This document shows, one piece after another, positions 1 to 10,627 of a stretch of 64,000 nucleotides of DNA. The translations under genes and the position numbers were made by a program. The stretch covers positions 18,681 to 82,680 of the forward strand of contig DWXH01000025.1 in the NCBI GenBank assembly GCA_019119305.1. The letters are read 5' to 3'. The stretch comes from Candidatus Alistipes merdigallinarum (GTDB lineage Bacteria > Bacteroidota > Bacteroidia > Bacteroidales > Rikenellaceae). Position 1 is the stretch's first letter. Each line of letters starts with the position of its first letter. The notes below the pieces were generated by a model. That model was not told where the DNA came from, ran no database searches, and was given only the letters and a program-made list of their open reading frames with translations.

Positions 1-692
1 GAGTTTTTGTGGCAGAGGGGGAGAAGTTGGTCAAGGAGCTGCTTGCCTCTTCGTTCTCCGTCCGTCGGGTCTTTTTGTGCGGCGACAGAATTCAGTTACC
101 TCAACAGGTGCCGGTGCCGACAGAACGGATCTCACCGCGCGAAATGGAACGCATCAGTCTGTTGAAAACCCCTTCAGATCTATTGGCCGTAATCGAAATG
201 CCGGTTTATGGCAATACGGAAACTTTTCTCCCGAAAGATTGGGTCTTGGCGTTGGACGATGTGCAGGACCCCGGGAACATGGGAACCATCATCCGCCTGG
301 CCGACTGGTTCGGGATCCGGGATATCTTCTGCTCGGAAGCTACGGTCGACTGTTTCAATCCTAAAGTCGTTCAGGCTACGATGGGAGCCATTGCGCGGGT
401 TCGGGTTCATTATGTTCCGTTGCCGAAATTTTTACAGCGTATGTCATCCGAAGGGATCCCGGTTTACGGGACCTTTTTGGAGGGAGAGAATATCTACGAT
501 GCGGAACTGCCTGCAACAGGTGTTTTGGTGATGGGCAACGAAGGACAGGGTATTTCGGCTGCGGTCGGACAGCAGACGACACATAAACTCTACATTCCCT
601 CCTATCCGACGGATGCGGAGACCTCCGAATCGTTGAATGTGGCGGTAGCTACGGCAGTCGCCACGGCGGAAATTCGTCGCCGGTTACGGTAA
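1..692 (+). CDS. TrmH/SpoU-family RNA 2'-O-methyltransferase (5' end probably cut by window edge)
   Basis: ORF 9..692. The frame stays open back to nt 3, so the true start is likely upstream. SpoU motifs are present: 'LDDVQDPGNMGTIIRLADWFG', 'VLVMGNEGQGIS', 'ESLNVAVATAV'. Confidence 0.85.
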   Translation, partial: VFVAEGEKLVKELLASSFSVRRVFLCGDRIQLPQQVPVPTERISPREMERISLLKTPSDLLAVIEMPVYGNTETFLPKDWVLALDDVQDPGNMGTIIRLADWFGIRDIFCSEATVDCFNPKVVQATMGAIARVRVHYVPLPKFLQRMSSEGIPVYGTFLEGENIYDAELPATGVLVMGNEGQGISAAVGQQTTHKLYIPSYPTDAETSESLNVAVATAVATAEIRRRLR

Positions 693-2039
693 TCGTCCGA
701 AAAGCCCGACCTGATTGAGAAACAGCAGCAGGATAACGACAGGGATTACGAACCGGATCATGAATCGGATCACCGGGAAAATGGTTATCCCGTACTGCAA
801 ATGGTTGGTCATTTCATTTCGCAACCGGATGGGGGATAGGACCCAACCGGCAAAGAGGACGATAAACAGGGCGCCCAACGGCATCATGATGTTCGAGGAG
901 AGGCTGTCGCACAGGTCGAACAGACTTTTTCCGTCGATTGTAAGGATAGAATCGGGGATCATAGAAAGAGCGCAGAGACTACCCGTAATGCAAATGGCCG
1001 TTGCAGTGTAGGCAATGGCCCGTTTACGGGTGATGTGCAGCTCCTCGGTCATGTAGGCGACGATTACCTCCAACAGGGAGATGGAAGAGGTGATGGCTGC
1101 GATGAACAGCAGGAAAAAGAATACGATCGAGAGCAGATGTCCGCCGGACATTTGCGAGAAGATGTTAGGCAGGGTTAAAAATACCAGATCGGGCCCGGAA
1201 CTGGGGTTAATGCCGAATGAAAAGACGGCGGGGAAAATAGCCAGCCCCGAGAGGATGGCTACCGTGATGTCGGAGAGTGCGACCAAAGCCCCGACTTTCA
1301 TCATTTTTTCCTCTTTTCTCAGATACGACCCGTAGGTAATCATTGCGCCCATACCCAGACTCATCGAAAAAAACGATTGACCGAGAGCCTGCAATACGGT
1401 GGATCCGCTGACTTTCGAAAAATCGGGTTTCAGCAGGAAGGCGACCCCTTTTTGTGCCCCCTCGAGGGTGAGTGAATTGATCGCCATCCCGAGTAGTAAA
1501 ATGAAAAGTATAGGCATCAGAATCTTCGTATACCGTTCGATTCCTTGTTGGACTCCGGCTAAAATAATGGCCGTAGAGGCGATAATGAAGAGAACGGTCC
1601 AGATGATGGGACGCCATCCGCAGGCGACGAAACCCTTGAACGAGGCTTCGATCTGATCCGGAGTTTTCCCTTGAAACTGGTTGAGAATAGATTCTTTGAG
1701 AAATTCGAAAGCCCACCCTCCGATGACGCAGTAGAACGAAAGGATGATGAATGCGGTAAGGATTCCGGCATAACCGACCCATTTCCACTGGGTTCCGGGG
1801 GCGAGTCGGGTGAAGGCTCCCATCGAATTGCGCCGGGCAGCACGGCCTATACTGAACTCCGACAACATGATTGGAATGGAAATCAGAAAACTGATCGACA
1901 GATAGATCAGAATAAATACGGCTCCGCCGTTTTCGCCGGCAATATAGGGGAATCGCCAGATGTTGCCCAATCCGATTACGGACCCGCCGACGGCGGCGAC
2001 CGCACCAAACCTGCTCCCGAAAGATCCCCTTTTTTCCAT
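684..2039 (-). CDS. Sodium-dependent transporter, neurotransmitter:sodium symporter (NSS/SNF) family
   Basis: 451 aa polytopic membrane protein with the NSS signature 'GLGNIWRFPY' near the N-terminus. Its 3' end overlaps the trmH-like gene by 9 nt (convergent). Confidence 0.88.
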   Translation of the reverse strand: MEKRGSFGSRFGAVAAVGGSVIGLGNIWRFPYIAGENGGAVFILIYLSISFLISIPIMLSEFSIGRAARRNSMGAFTRLAPGTQWKWVGYAGILTAFIILSFYCVIGGWAFEFLKESILNQFQGKTPDQIEASFKGFVACGWRPIIWTVLFIIASTAIILAGVQQGIERYTKILMPILFILLLGMAINSLTLEGAQKGVAFLLKPDFSKVSGSTVLQALGQSFFSMSLGMGAMITYGSYLRKEEKMMKVGALVALSDITVAILSGLAIFPAVFSFGINPSSGPDLVFLTLPNIFSQMSGGHLLSIVFFFLLFIAAITSSISLLEVIVAYMTEELHITRKRAIAYTATAICITGSLCALSMIPDSILTIDGKSLFDLCDSLSSNIMMPLGALFIVLFAGWVLSPIRLRNEMTNHLQYGITIFPVIRFMIRFVIPVVILLLFLNQVGLFGRLP

Positions 2040-2070
2040 TTCGATACGTTGTTGTGAGAAAATATAGTTA

Positions 2071-2078
2071 CAAAATTA
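2071..2078 (-). promoter_or_regulatory. Bacteroidota -7 promoter box (TAATTTTG on minus strand) for the NSS transporter
   Basis: Plus-strand CAAAATTA is the reverse complement of TAnnTTTG. It lies 32 nt upstream of the ATG at 2039. Confidence 0.5.
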
Positions 2079-2159
2079 TGATTTTTTTGGGAATAACCTT
2101 AAAGTACTACTCTAAAAACATTTGTCGTTTTTATGTCGGGTTACGCTGATAAAAGTTAT

Positions 2160-2167
2160 TACCTTTG
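2160..2167 (+). promoter_or_regulatory. Bacteroidota -7 promoter box TACCTTTG for the U32 gene
   Basis: Exact TAnnTTTG match 29 nt upstream of the ATG at 2196. Confidence 0.55.
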
Positions 2168-2195
2168 TCTGTAAGAATAGTACTTTTTGTAGCGG

Positions 2196-4040
2196 ATGAG
2201 ATCGATCGAATTACTGGCTCCGGTCAAAGATTATATATGTGGTTGTGCCGCAGTTGATTGTGGTGCGGATGCGCTCTATGTCGGGCCGCCTCGTTTCGGG
2301 GCTCGGGTCGATGCAGGGGTGTCGTTGTCGGACATCGAACGGCTGTGTGCCTATGCCCATCGTTTCGGAGTCCGGGTCTTTGCCACGATGAATACGCTGT
2401 TGTATGAATCGGAGTTGAAGGAGGCGGAACGGTTGGCGAACGAGGTTTGTCGCGCCGACGTGGATGGACTGATCATACAGGATATGGCCTTTCTTCGGAT
2501 GGATTTGCCGCCGGTCGAGTTGCATGCATCGACCCAGATCTTTACGATGACCCCCGAGCGGGCCCGTTTTTGGAGCGATGTCGGTTTTACCCGGATCAAT
2601 CTGGAGCGGGCGGCCACCTTGGAGGAGATCCGGGCTGTGGCGCAGGCGGTTCCCGACACCGAGATCGAGGTTTTTGTGCATGGGGCGATCTGTGTGTCGT
2701 ATAGCGGACGGTGTTATATGAGCCGGTCGATGTCGCCGCGCAGCGGAAACCGGGGCGCTTGTCTTCAGGCCTGCCGTCTGCCGTTCGATCTGCTCGATGA
2801 GTCGGGAAAACGGTTGATGACGGGAAAACATCTGCTTTCGGTTCGCGACATGAATCGGGGCGAATACCTCGAAGCGTTGATCGACGCCGGTGTGACGTCG
2901 TTCAAGATCGAGGGCCGGTTGAAAGATATCAATTACGTGCGTAATGTCGTGGGCTACTATCGGAACCGGTTGGATGCGCTGATCGAAAGGCGGGGTGATT
3001 TGCAACGATCCTCTCAGGGGAAGACGGTGCTCGGTTTTACACCCGATCCCCGAAAGAGTTTTTCGAGAGGGACGGTTGCTTACTATCTGATGAATCCTCA
3101 AGAGTCGGTAGCTTCTTTCGATACGCCGAAGTCGATGGGCGATTGGATCGGAACGGTCGAACAGGTCGGACGGGACTATTTGGTTTGTCCGAATGCTTCA
3201 CAGCTGTCTTCCGGAGATGGGATATGTTTCAAGAACCGGAGTGGGGTTTTGTGTGGAACCTCTGTCAATCGGGTGGATCCGCCTCGGGTCTATCCCAATC
3301 GAATGGAGGGAATCGAACGGGGAACGGAGCTCTATCGCAATTATGACCGGCGCTTTGTTTTGGAGTTGGATCGGGCGCGGACCGAACGGAAAATTCCGGT
3401 CGAGGTGACGGTTGAGATCGGGCGGGATCGGTTGACGATTTGTCTGAATGATCGGGAGGTGTCGGTTTCTTGTGCCGAGGCAGGGCTTTTTGACGAAGCC
3501 CGCGATGCCGATCAGGCCGAAAAGAGCATCCGGACACAGGTTGCGAAGATGGGTAATACGATTTATGAGGCGGAGCGGGTGATGGTACGGTGGGATCGGC
3601 CCCGTTTTGTGCCGGCGGCACGGATAAACGCCCTGCGACGCGAGGCTGTTGAACGACTGGATGCGGCACGAGTAGCACAGCACCGGATTCGCAGACGAAA
3701 GAAGGAACGCTACGAAGTGCCTTTCCCGTTGTCGGCGCTTGCAGCCGAAGAGAACGTGACCAATTCATTGGCTGAGCGTTTTTATCGAGATCACGGTGTC
3801 GTTCGGATCGAACGGGGCGAAGATCTGTCGGAGTCGTTCGAAGGGTTGCGGGTGATGCGGATGCGTTATTGTCTGAGGCGGGAATTGGGGTGGTGTTTGC
3901 GGGAGCATCCGAAATATACGGGACGGCTTTTTATTGAGACAGGACCGAACCGGTACGAGTTGAAGTTCGATTGCCGAAGGTGTGAAATGAGTGTTATCTG
4001 CCTTCCCAAAAGAGAGAGAAACGAGAAAAAAAGATCATAA
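2196..4040 (+). CDS. Peptidase U32 family protein, long RlhA/YdcP-like form (possible RNA hydroxylation factor)
   Basis: 614 aa. U32 signature 'EVFVHGAICVSYSGRCYMS' and TIM-barrel-like N-terminal half 'IELLAPVKDY...GADALYVG'. Confidence 0.85.
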   Translation: MRSIELLAPVKDYICGCAAVDCGADALYVGPPRFGARVDAGVSLSDIERLCAYAHRFGVRVFATMNTLLYESELKEAERLANEVCRADVDGLIIQDMAFLRMDLPPVELHASTQIFTMTPERARFWSDVGFTRINLERAATLEEIRAVAQAVPDTEIEVFVHGAICVSYSGRCYMSRSMSPRSGNRGACLQACRLPFDLLDESGKRLMTGKHLLSVRDMNRGEYLEALIDAGVTSFKIEGRLKDINYVRNVVGYYRNRLDALIERRGDLQRSSQGKTVLGFTPDPRKSFSRGTVAYYLMNPQESVASFDTPKSMGDWIGTVEQVGRDYLVCPNASQLSSGDGICFKNRSGVLCGTSVNRVDPPRVYPNRMEGIERGTELYRNYDRRFVLELDRARTERKIPVEVTVEIGRDRLTICLNDREVSVSCAEAGLFDEARDADQAEKSIRTQVAKMGNTIYEAERVMVRWDRPRFVPAARINALRREAVERLDAARVAQHRIRRRKKERYEVPFPLSALAAEENVTNSLAERFYRDHGVVRIERGEDLSESFEGLRVMRMRYCLRRELGWCLREHPKYTGRLFIETGPNRYELKFDCRRCEMSVICLPKRERNEKKRS

Positions 4041-4042
4041 AA

Positions 4043-4924
4043 ATGGTGAAATCCGAATTGTTGTGTCCGGTCGGTTGGAGCGATTACGAGTTGCTCGACA
4101 GCGGAAATTTTGAAAAACTGGAGCGTTTCGGCCGGTATATCATAGCCCGTCCGGAGCCTCAGGCGATCTGGGATCGGTCGATGAGTGCCGATGAGTGGGA
4201 CCGTTTGGCCGATGCCCGATTCCGGAAGGATCGCCGCAGCGACGATCGGGGCGAGTGGATTCTCCGCGACGGGATGCCCGAACAGTGGTTCGTCGGGTAC
4301 GAAAAGGAGGGGCTCCGGTTGCGGATTCGTCTCGGTCTTACTTCGTTTAAACATGTCGGAATTTTTCCGGAACAGTCCGAGAATTGGGACTTTATCTATC
4401 GGCAGGTGCGGGATAACTTCCCGGGGGCGAAGGTGTTGAATCTGTTTGCCTACACGGGAGGCGCTTCGTTGGCGGCCCGGGCGGCCGGAGCCGAGGTGAC
4501 GCATGTCGATTCCGTAAAACCGGTTGTCGGTTGGGCCCGAGAAAATATGGAGGCTTCCGGAATGGATGGCATCCGCTGGATTGTCGACGATGCGTTGAAA
4601 TTCGTGCGGCGTGAACTCCGTCGCGGCCACCTTTATCAGGGAATCATACTCGATCCTCCTGCCTATGGGCGTGGCCCAGACGGCGAAAAGTGGGTGCTCG
4701 AAGAGCATCTCAACGAGATGTTGCGGACTTGCGGACGGTTGCTCGACCGGAAGGGTTTTCTGGTGTTGAATCTCTATTCGATGGGGCTTTCGGCGCTTTT
4801 GGCACGCAGTGCGGTCCGGCAACTGGTCGGGGCGTGTCGTGATGAACAGTTTGGAGAACTCTATTTTACCGACTCTTACGGTAAATCGTTACCCCTTGGA
4901 GTTTACTATCGATGCGTGCGTTGA
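4043..4924 (+). CDS. Class I SAM-dependent methyltransferase (COG1092/RlmI-like catalytic domain, no PUA domain)
   Basis: 293 aa. Motif I 'VLNLFAYTGGASL' and motif IV 'IILDPPAYGRG'. The start is 3 nt after the U32 stop codon. Confidence 0.8.
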   Translation: MVKSELLCPVGWSDYELLDSGNFEKLERFGRYIIARPEPQAIWDRSMSADEWDRLADARFRKDRRSDDRGEWILRDGMPEQWFVGYEKEGLRLRIRLGLTSFKHVGIFPEQSENWDFIYRQVRDNFPGAKVLNLFAYTGGASLAARAAGAEVTHVDSVKPVVGWARENMEASGMDGIRWIVDDALKFVRRELRRGHLYQGIILDPPAYGRGPDGEKWVLEEHLNEMLRTCGRLLDRKGFLVLNLYSMGLSALLARSAVRQLVGACRDEQFGELYFTDSYGKSLPLGVYYRCVR

Positions 4925-5881
4925 GTTGTTCGACATCGGCAGGATTCCGGTTGCGTGGGCATCTTTTTGCCGTTTGAACCACAACTGGCAACTGTTGATC
5001 GTATTTTGCCAGATGACGTATGATGCCGGGCCGATCGAGGCAACCGGATCGAGATAGGTCAGGGCCATCCAGATGGCGAGGACCGTGTTCTTTTGTCCGA
5101 GTCCCTGCGCTCCCGCTATTTTGTTGTGGAAACGGCCTCCGAGACGTCTCCCGATGAGAAATTGCAAACAGCATACGATTAAGGCGCAGAGTGCGATGAG
5201 AACTTCATTCCGATAGTTCGGGTTTTGCTGGTTGACGATAAACGCCACCGTGTTACCCATGACGATAGTCAGCGAAACGGCCCACAGATAGAATGAAATC
5301 TGTTGCCGGTTTTTGAGCTCGCGGTGCACTTTGGGTGTGAATCTTTTTAATAGCATGGCCAGTACGAGAGGCAAAATCAGCAGGGGAATCATCTGTCGGC
5401 AGATAATCCCGAAAGATTCGAGAAAAGGCATGGAGGTGTGCTCCCCGATCAGCGAAAAGATGAAGGGGGCAAGTACGGCGACGGTCAAATTGCTGACCAA
5501 CGTGTAGGTAGCCAGAGTAGAGATACTGCCACCGAGCATTCCGGTGATTACGGCGGCTGAAGTGGCGGTGGGAGCAAGAATACAGATGAATGTTCCCTGT
5601 GCCAGAACAGGATCCACCGTTGCCAGAGCGGCATAAATCCCTAAACTTCCGAATATTTGGATCAGAATCAGCAGTACATGAAGACGGGTGATACGCAGCC
5701 GATCGAACGAGAGTTTGCAATAGGGGACCAGCAGCATCATGAAGATCAGATAGGGTGTCAGGAACTTCAGCGAGGAGAAAAACGGGTAAAAAACGCCGCC
5801 TACGATCATGGCGATCGGAAGCATCCAATTTTTGAATTGTTGTAGAATGTAATGGTTGACGGCTTCCGGTATAAAATTCAT
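4889..5881 (-). CDS. Bile acid:sodium symporter (BASS)-like family transporter
   Basis: 330 aa with about 9-10 predicted TM helices and BASS-like segments ('ILAPTATSAAVITGMLGG'). The family call is from memory only. Confidence 0.55.
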   Translation of the reverse strand: MNFIPEAVNHYILQQFKNWMLPIAMIVGGVFYPFFSSLKFLTPYLIFMMLLVPYCKLSFDRLRITRLHVLLILIQIFGSLGIYAALATVDPVLAQGTFICILAPTATSAAVITGMLGGSISTLATYTLVSNLTVAVLAPFIFSLIGEHTSMPFLESFGIICRQMIPLLILPLVLAMLLKRFTPKVHRELKNRQQISFYLWAVSLTIVMGNTVAFIVNQQNPNYRNEVLIALCALIVCCLQFLIGRRLGGRFHNKIAGAQGLGQKNTVLAIWMALTYLDPVASIGPASYVIWQNTINSCQLWFKRQKDAHATGILPMSNNSTHASIVNSKG

Positions 5882-6010
5882 GAACTTCTCCTCCTCAACT
5901 GATTTGTGACTGCAAAGGAACGGAGTATTGCGTTTATATCAAAGATTTTTTTTGAATTTTTAATGAGAACGTGTAGATCGGATGGCATCAAATGTTTTGT
6001 CTATAAATGT

Positions 6011-9000
6011 TTACTCCTGTCCGGAGCCTGTCGGATCGGTTAAGCCTTCGATTGCGGGATCGATTGTTGGTATGGTTGTCTCGTTTGCTTTTCGGGCGGC
6101 TTTTTGCTGCCGTTTGGTCTCTTTTCTTTGACGGATACGTTCGATACGCTCCCTGAAATTTTGGACCAGGTCCGAAAAAGAGTTGAAGTTTTGACGGTAT
6201 GAGAGTCCGACTCCACTCTCCTGCAGACCCTGGTTCTCGTCGAAACGGTCGATGGTCCGGGTAAAGGCTTTAACCTTGAAATTCCCGACATCGTCCAACA
6301 AAAGGCTAAGCGTGACGTCTCCCGTCAGACTTCTCGCCGTACGGTTATTCATCTGGATGTTGTTCCCCGAGTCGTAGCTTACATCGCCTTCGACGATCAA
6401 TTTATTTTTGATCAGTTCCCCGTAAAACTCGGTGCCGAATTCGTCGGAGGTCTCTTCGCTTTTCGGCCGGTAGGTAGGAGCCAGCCGGAACCGTTCGGAG
6501 GAGAGGATGTTGCTCAATTGTGTGGAGAGGAATTCGATGCCGGTCGTTGTCGCACTTTGTGCACCGATGTTGAGGTTTTGTGTCGAGTTGATGTTTTCCG
6601 TATAAAAACTGTGCGTGGCGAGTAGCCATAAGAATTGGGTAGACATCATCTCCTGTGTATTCATCGTGTTGAAGATGGCACTCTGAATTTCGGGGTCGGT
6701 GTTCGGGACGTTTACGTCGAACGTGATGGTCGGTTGGCTCAGCCGGTCCGAAAGCCGGATGATACAGTCTACAGGGACATTACGTCTGGTGTTTTGTCCG
6801 CTCCCTTGCAGAATCTGAGCTAAAGAGGCTTTTAATTTATATACAGCCTCAATATCTACCAATGCATTGACCGGATCTCCGGTCCATTGGATGTGGCTGC
6901 CGTCTTCGATGGTGAAGGTCCGGGTAGCGAAATTTTGCAGCGAGAAACGATAACTTCCTTCGGTGATGTTGTAATCTCCGTAGATGGTGAAATCCCGGTT
7001 GTTCGGATTGACATGGAGGTTAATCGAACCGGAGCCTCGTCCTTTCAGCAAGTTGTCGCCTGTCGGGTCGAGCATGAGCTGCATCTCGACATTGGGCCGG
7101 ACGTCCAACGTCATGTTGATGTCCATTTCTGCACGCAGATTCTCCATCCGGTGCCGGAAACGTTCGTGGCGGCTGCGGTTGGCTTGGTTCAGGCTGTCGA
7201 TTGCAGCCCGTTGTTCGGGAGTCTCGAATACGATAAAATCTGCAGCCGCGATATCGGTGCCGTTCCCTAAAGGCATGAAAAATCGGGAGTTGCCGGCAGT
7301 TGAAGCTGTGATGTCCATGCTCACCCTGTTCCGAATGCCGCGAATCGTTGCATTGCCCGATGCATAGATCGTTCCGTAAAACAGGTCGTTTTGCCGTTCG
7401 GTGGTGTTCAAGACTAACGTATTGGTCGGGCGTACACGGATGGTATAACTGAGATTTTTCAAGTTCTTGAAATTAAAGTCCATATCGAAGCCGACGCGGT
7501 TGCCCTCCGGATCGACCAATTCCGTAGGACGGAGCGTAATGACATTGTCTTTTACATCGGCGACACTTTCGGTAAGCGAGTAGCCGACATTTGTGTAACT
7601 TACCTTGCTTTTGAACCGTTCGACATTGATGGTGCCATTCAGTATGGGTTTCCGATTTCGGCTGGTTAGGGTCAGGTGGGCGCGGGCCGAGCCATTTATG
7701 TTATCCAAAGCTCCTTCCAATACGGGGGATAATAGGGCCATGTCGATGTGTCGGATATTCAGGTCTGCTGCGTACCGGTGATCGTTGGGGACATAGTATC
7801 CGATGGCGATAGCATTCCCCGATTCTCGTTCGACCAGTGCAAACCGGGCGTACTGGGCAATAAAATCCCAGTTACAGGTGAAACATGTTGCTTTCCACGG
7901 TATGTCGTTGACACGGAGCGAATCGAAATCGATGTCGGCATTCATGATTTTATCTCCCTGTGCAGCGATCAGATCTGCAGTTCCGTTTGTGTATCCTTCG
8001 ATGTTGTATCCCTTTTGTCCGGTGATTCGGGTGAGCGGACGCAGATCGAAATTTTGGAGACGAAGCCGGAGGGTATCGGTTGTCCGGGAGGAGATTGCCC
8101 CGTCGATCGAGAGGCGTTGCGAACCGCTGGCTATGGCAAACCGGTCGATCTCGGTTCGGGTGGAGTCGATGAGAATTTTGCGGGCCCCGATCATCCATGT
8201 TTGATCACCGGAGGTAAAGGTGGAGGGATTGAAATGAATTCGTGTCTGCGGGAGCCCGCTTGTCGAATCGGCCGATAGGAAAGAGGTCGTGCTGATCATG
8301 GCGTATGTTTGGTTCTCCGTGTTGTTGAACCGCATGGCCAGATTGATTTTGTTCTCTTTGGCACCTCCGATGACGGAGAAATCGGGCATGTATATGTTTT
8401 TGAGCAGCACCTCTTCGGCCGTGACGAAGAGTGAGATCGAGTCGGCCTGGTTACGTGCGGAGGCATTTATGTTCGACACGAATGAGTCTTCGGTTTCGAT
8501 GAGTGACGAGTTCAGTGTCAGGGAAAAAATATTTTGTTCGGGATTGAACAGAAAAGCCAAGTTCGTTCCTTGGGCCAGTTCCAATCCGGGATAGAAGATG
8601 CCCGCTACGTTATTAGATTCTTTTACATTGACGTTGAGCAGGTAGTAGTTATCGATCGATGAGGCGGTGTTGGGTACAGGTTCGGATATTTTCTCTTGCG
8701 GGGTACGCTCGGAGATGGAAGGTAGGTACGAGACCAGCGTATTGCGGAAATAGGCGAACATTTTGTCGTAGCTCAGTTTTCCTTTCAGCTCGATGTCGGC
8801 GAACGAAGAATAGAATCCAAGCAGTTTGCTGGCTCCCTTGTTATTGGCAACCATACGGATCTGTCCGGTCTTGACCGTGTCGATGTGGTTGATGTAGGTC
8901 ATGTCGTTGATCTCAATCGTCCCGTTCGCATCGTCGAGTCGGATGCCCGAACCTTCGGCCTTCAGCGTACAATGAATCTGAGAGATGGAGTCGCGTCGGT

Positions 9001-10627
9001 TAAAATTCAGCTTGGCGAGGTCGGCATTCTGTAGATTCATGTTGAAATTGTATGCCGGTAACGAGTCGTTGAAATCGAGTCCTCCATCGAACGCAAAGGT
9101 CAAATTCGGGTCTTTCGAGTCGATGGAACCGGTGAATTTCTTGTTCTCGATGTTTCCGTCCAGGGCGATTCCCTGATATGTATAGTCGTTGTAGCCGAGG
9201 GAGCGGATGTCGGCATGAGCCTGCATTTTAAGGTCTTCACCGAACACGCCTTGAACGGCCGATGTAAGGGTCAATTTGCCTAATTTGGGCTGTTCGAGCA
9301 GCGAACCGACTCCGAACTCGCGGACATTTAACGAACCGTTGAAGGCCGTTGTCCGGGCAGTTCCCGAAAGGGGGTTTATGTGCAGTTTCACATCGCCGCT
9401 TCCGATCGATGTGTGTAGCTCTCCGTCGGCGGTGAAATTATTGAACAGCCCGTCGAAATGGCCCGAGAATACTATGTCTCCGGCTTTGTCGAGCATCTCT
9501 TTTTTGCGGAGGTCCATCGTTTTACCCGTGATGTCCTCTATGATGTAGGAGATGTCGTCGGCACGGGTTTCTAGGTTCTGTACGTAAAATGAGAAGTCGG
9601 TCCGCTTCACATCAGGCAACCCGGTGATGTCGAACTGGAGCTTGATGCGGGTATCGCGCATTGTCGCATCGGTCACCTCGCCGCTTAGGGCAGCAACCGG
9701 TCCTTCCACCCGACCCGATGCGTTGTGCAGGACACTTGTCCAGTGTTTCAGCCCCTGCGCGAAATAGGCGATGGTCCGGAAACTAACGGTGGAATGGGTA
9801 AATTCGGAACGGATCGTTACCTGTTGCAGGAACTCTTTATATCCCTTCCATGTATCGTAATCGAAATAGAGGTAGGGCAGGGTGGCGTCCGATTCGGCCG
9901 TCGTGAGTCGCAACTTGTCGAAATGCAGTCCGGTACCCGAGATGCGGAACCGGTCGGTCGATAGGTTGCGGATGTCGAGGCCGCAGCGCTCTTTCAGTCG
10001 CAGCGAGTCGATCGAAAGGGTCACGCTGTCGTTGACGACCGAGATGTTATGTACGGCAAGGTTGAAGTCGCGTACGTCCAGATCGGTAAAATTGACGCCA
10101 TAGCTTTTAGGCCGGATGTCGTATTTCCGATGGTGAAATGCCATGTTTTGAATCTGGACGGAGCTGGCTTTGAGTCGGAACGGTTTTTTCTCCTTTTTTT
10201 TCTCCTTCTTTTTGAGCTTCAGCAGGATCTGTTTCAGATTGCTGCGGTAGGTACTGTCCTGGATCAGGTTGAACTGGATGTCGTTCAGCTGGATATTACC
10301 CAAATGTACGGCACCGGTAAAGAGGTTGAGTGTTTTAATCGGAACGACTACCTCTTGGGCATAAAAGAGCGTGTCTCCCGCATAATCTTCGACGTAGAGC
10401 CCTTTGAAAACGAATCGGTTGAAGAGACTGAAACGAACCTCTTCGACCGAAAATTGCGTTTCAGCCCGTTCGCTCAAATAGGTTAGTCCCGTATCGACTA
10501 CATAGTTTTGTATCGACCGGACGTGGAGCAACAGCGTGATCGCCACAGGCAAAAGCAGCAGCACGAGCAGTGCGGCGAGTATAAAAGATCGCATTATTTT
10601 TATAACTTTGCCCATCGTACGATACAC
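6011..10627 (-). CDS. tamB: Translocation and assembly module protein TamB (DUF490 C-terminus)
   Basis: 1538 aa with a single N-terminal TM helix 'FILAALLVLLLLPVAITLLL' and a long beta-rich periplasmic body with a conserved C-terminal region. The start could instead be the in-frame ATG at 10594 ('MRSF...'). Confidence 0.8.
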   Translation of the reverse strand: MYRTMGKVIKIMRSFILAALLVLLLLPVAITLLLHVRSIQNYVVDTGLTYLSERAETQFSVEEVRFSLFNRFVFKGLYVEDYAGDTLFYAQEVVVPIKTLNLFTGAVHLGNIQLNDIQFNLIQDSTYRSNLKQILLKLKKKEKKKEKKPFRLKASSVQIQNMAFHHRKYDIRPKSYGVNFTDLDVRDFNLAVHNISVVNDSVTLSIDSLRLKERCGLDIRNLSTDRFRISGTGLHFDKLRLTTAESDATLPYLYFDYDTWKGYKEFLQQVTIRSEFTHSTVSFRTIAYFAQGLKHWTSVLHNASGRVEGPVAALSGEVTDATMRDTRIKLQFDITGLPDVKRTDFSFYVQNLETRADDISYIIEDITGKTMDLRKKEMLDKAGDIVFSGHFDGLFNNFTADGELHTSIGSGDVKLHINPLSGTARTTAFNGSLNVREFGVGSLLEQPKLGKLTLTSAVQGVFGEDLKMQAHADIRSLGYNDYTYQGIALDGNIENKKFTGSIDSKDPNLTFAFDGGLDFNDSLPAYNFNMNLQNADLAKLNFNRRDSISQIHCTLKAEGSGIRLDDANGTIEINDMTYINHIDTVKTGQIRMVANNKGASKLLGFYSSFADIELKGKLSYDKMFAYFRNTLVSYLPSISERTPQEKISEPVPNTASSIDNYYLLNVNVKESNNVAGIFYPGLELAQGTNLAFLFNPEQNIFSLTLNSSLIETEDSFVSNINASARNQADSISLFVTAEEVLLKNIYMPDFSVIGGAKENKINLAMRFNNTENQTYAMISTTSFLSADSTSGLPQTRIHFNPSTFTSGDQTWMIGARKILIDSTRTEIDRFAIASGSQRLSIDGAISSRTTDTLRLRLQNFDLRPLTRITGQKGYNIEGYTNGTADLIAAQGDKIMNADIDFDSLRVNDIPWKATCFTCNWDFIAQYARFALVERESGNAIAIGYYVPNDHRYAADLNIRHIDMALLSPVLEGALDNINGSARAHLTLTSRNRKPILNGTINVERFKSKVSYTNVGYSLTESVADVKDNVITLRPTELVDPEGNRVGFDMDFNFKNLKNLSYTIRVRPTNTLVLNTTERQNDLFYGTIYASGNATIRGIRNRVSMDITASTAGNSRFFMPLGNGTDIAAADFIVFETPEQRAAIDSLNQANRSRHERFRHRMENLRAEMDINMTLDVRPNVEMQLMLDPTGDNLLKGRGSGSINLHVNPNNRDFTIYGDYNITEGSYRFSLQNFATRTFTIEDGSHIQWTGDPVNALVDIEAVYKLKASLAQILQGSGQNTRRNVPVDCIIRLSDRLSQPTITFDVNVPNTDPEIQSAIFNTMNTQEMMSTQFLWLLATHSFYTENINSTQNLNIGAQSATTTGIEFLSTQLSNILSSERFRLAPTYRPKSEETSDEFGTEFYGELIKNKLIVEGDVSYDSGNNIQMNNRTARSLTGDVTLSLLLDDVGNFKVKAFTRTIDRFDENQGLQESGVGLSYRQNFNSFSDLVQNFRERIERIRQRKETKRQQKAARKANETTIPTIDPAIEGLTDPTGSGQE

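Noticed and set aside
3866-4822. Long antisense ORFs opposite well-supported genes: 3866..4822, 10711..11694, 11908..12990, 28589..29572, 32701..33756, 2211..3101, 38197..38970 and others.
   Set aside because: Each overlaps a gene with clear family motifs on the other strand. The translations are Arg/Pro/His-rich without motifs, and none has an upstream -7 box.
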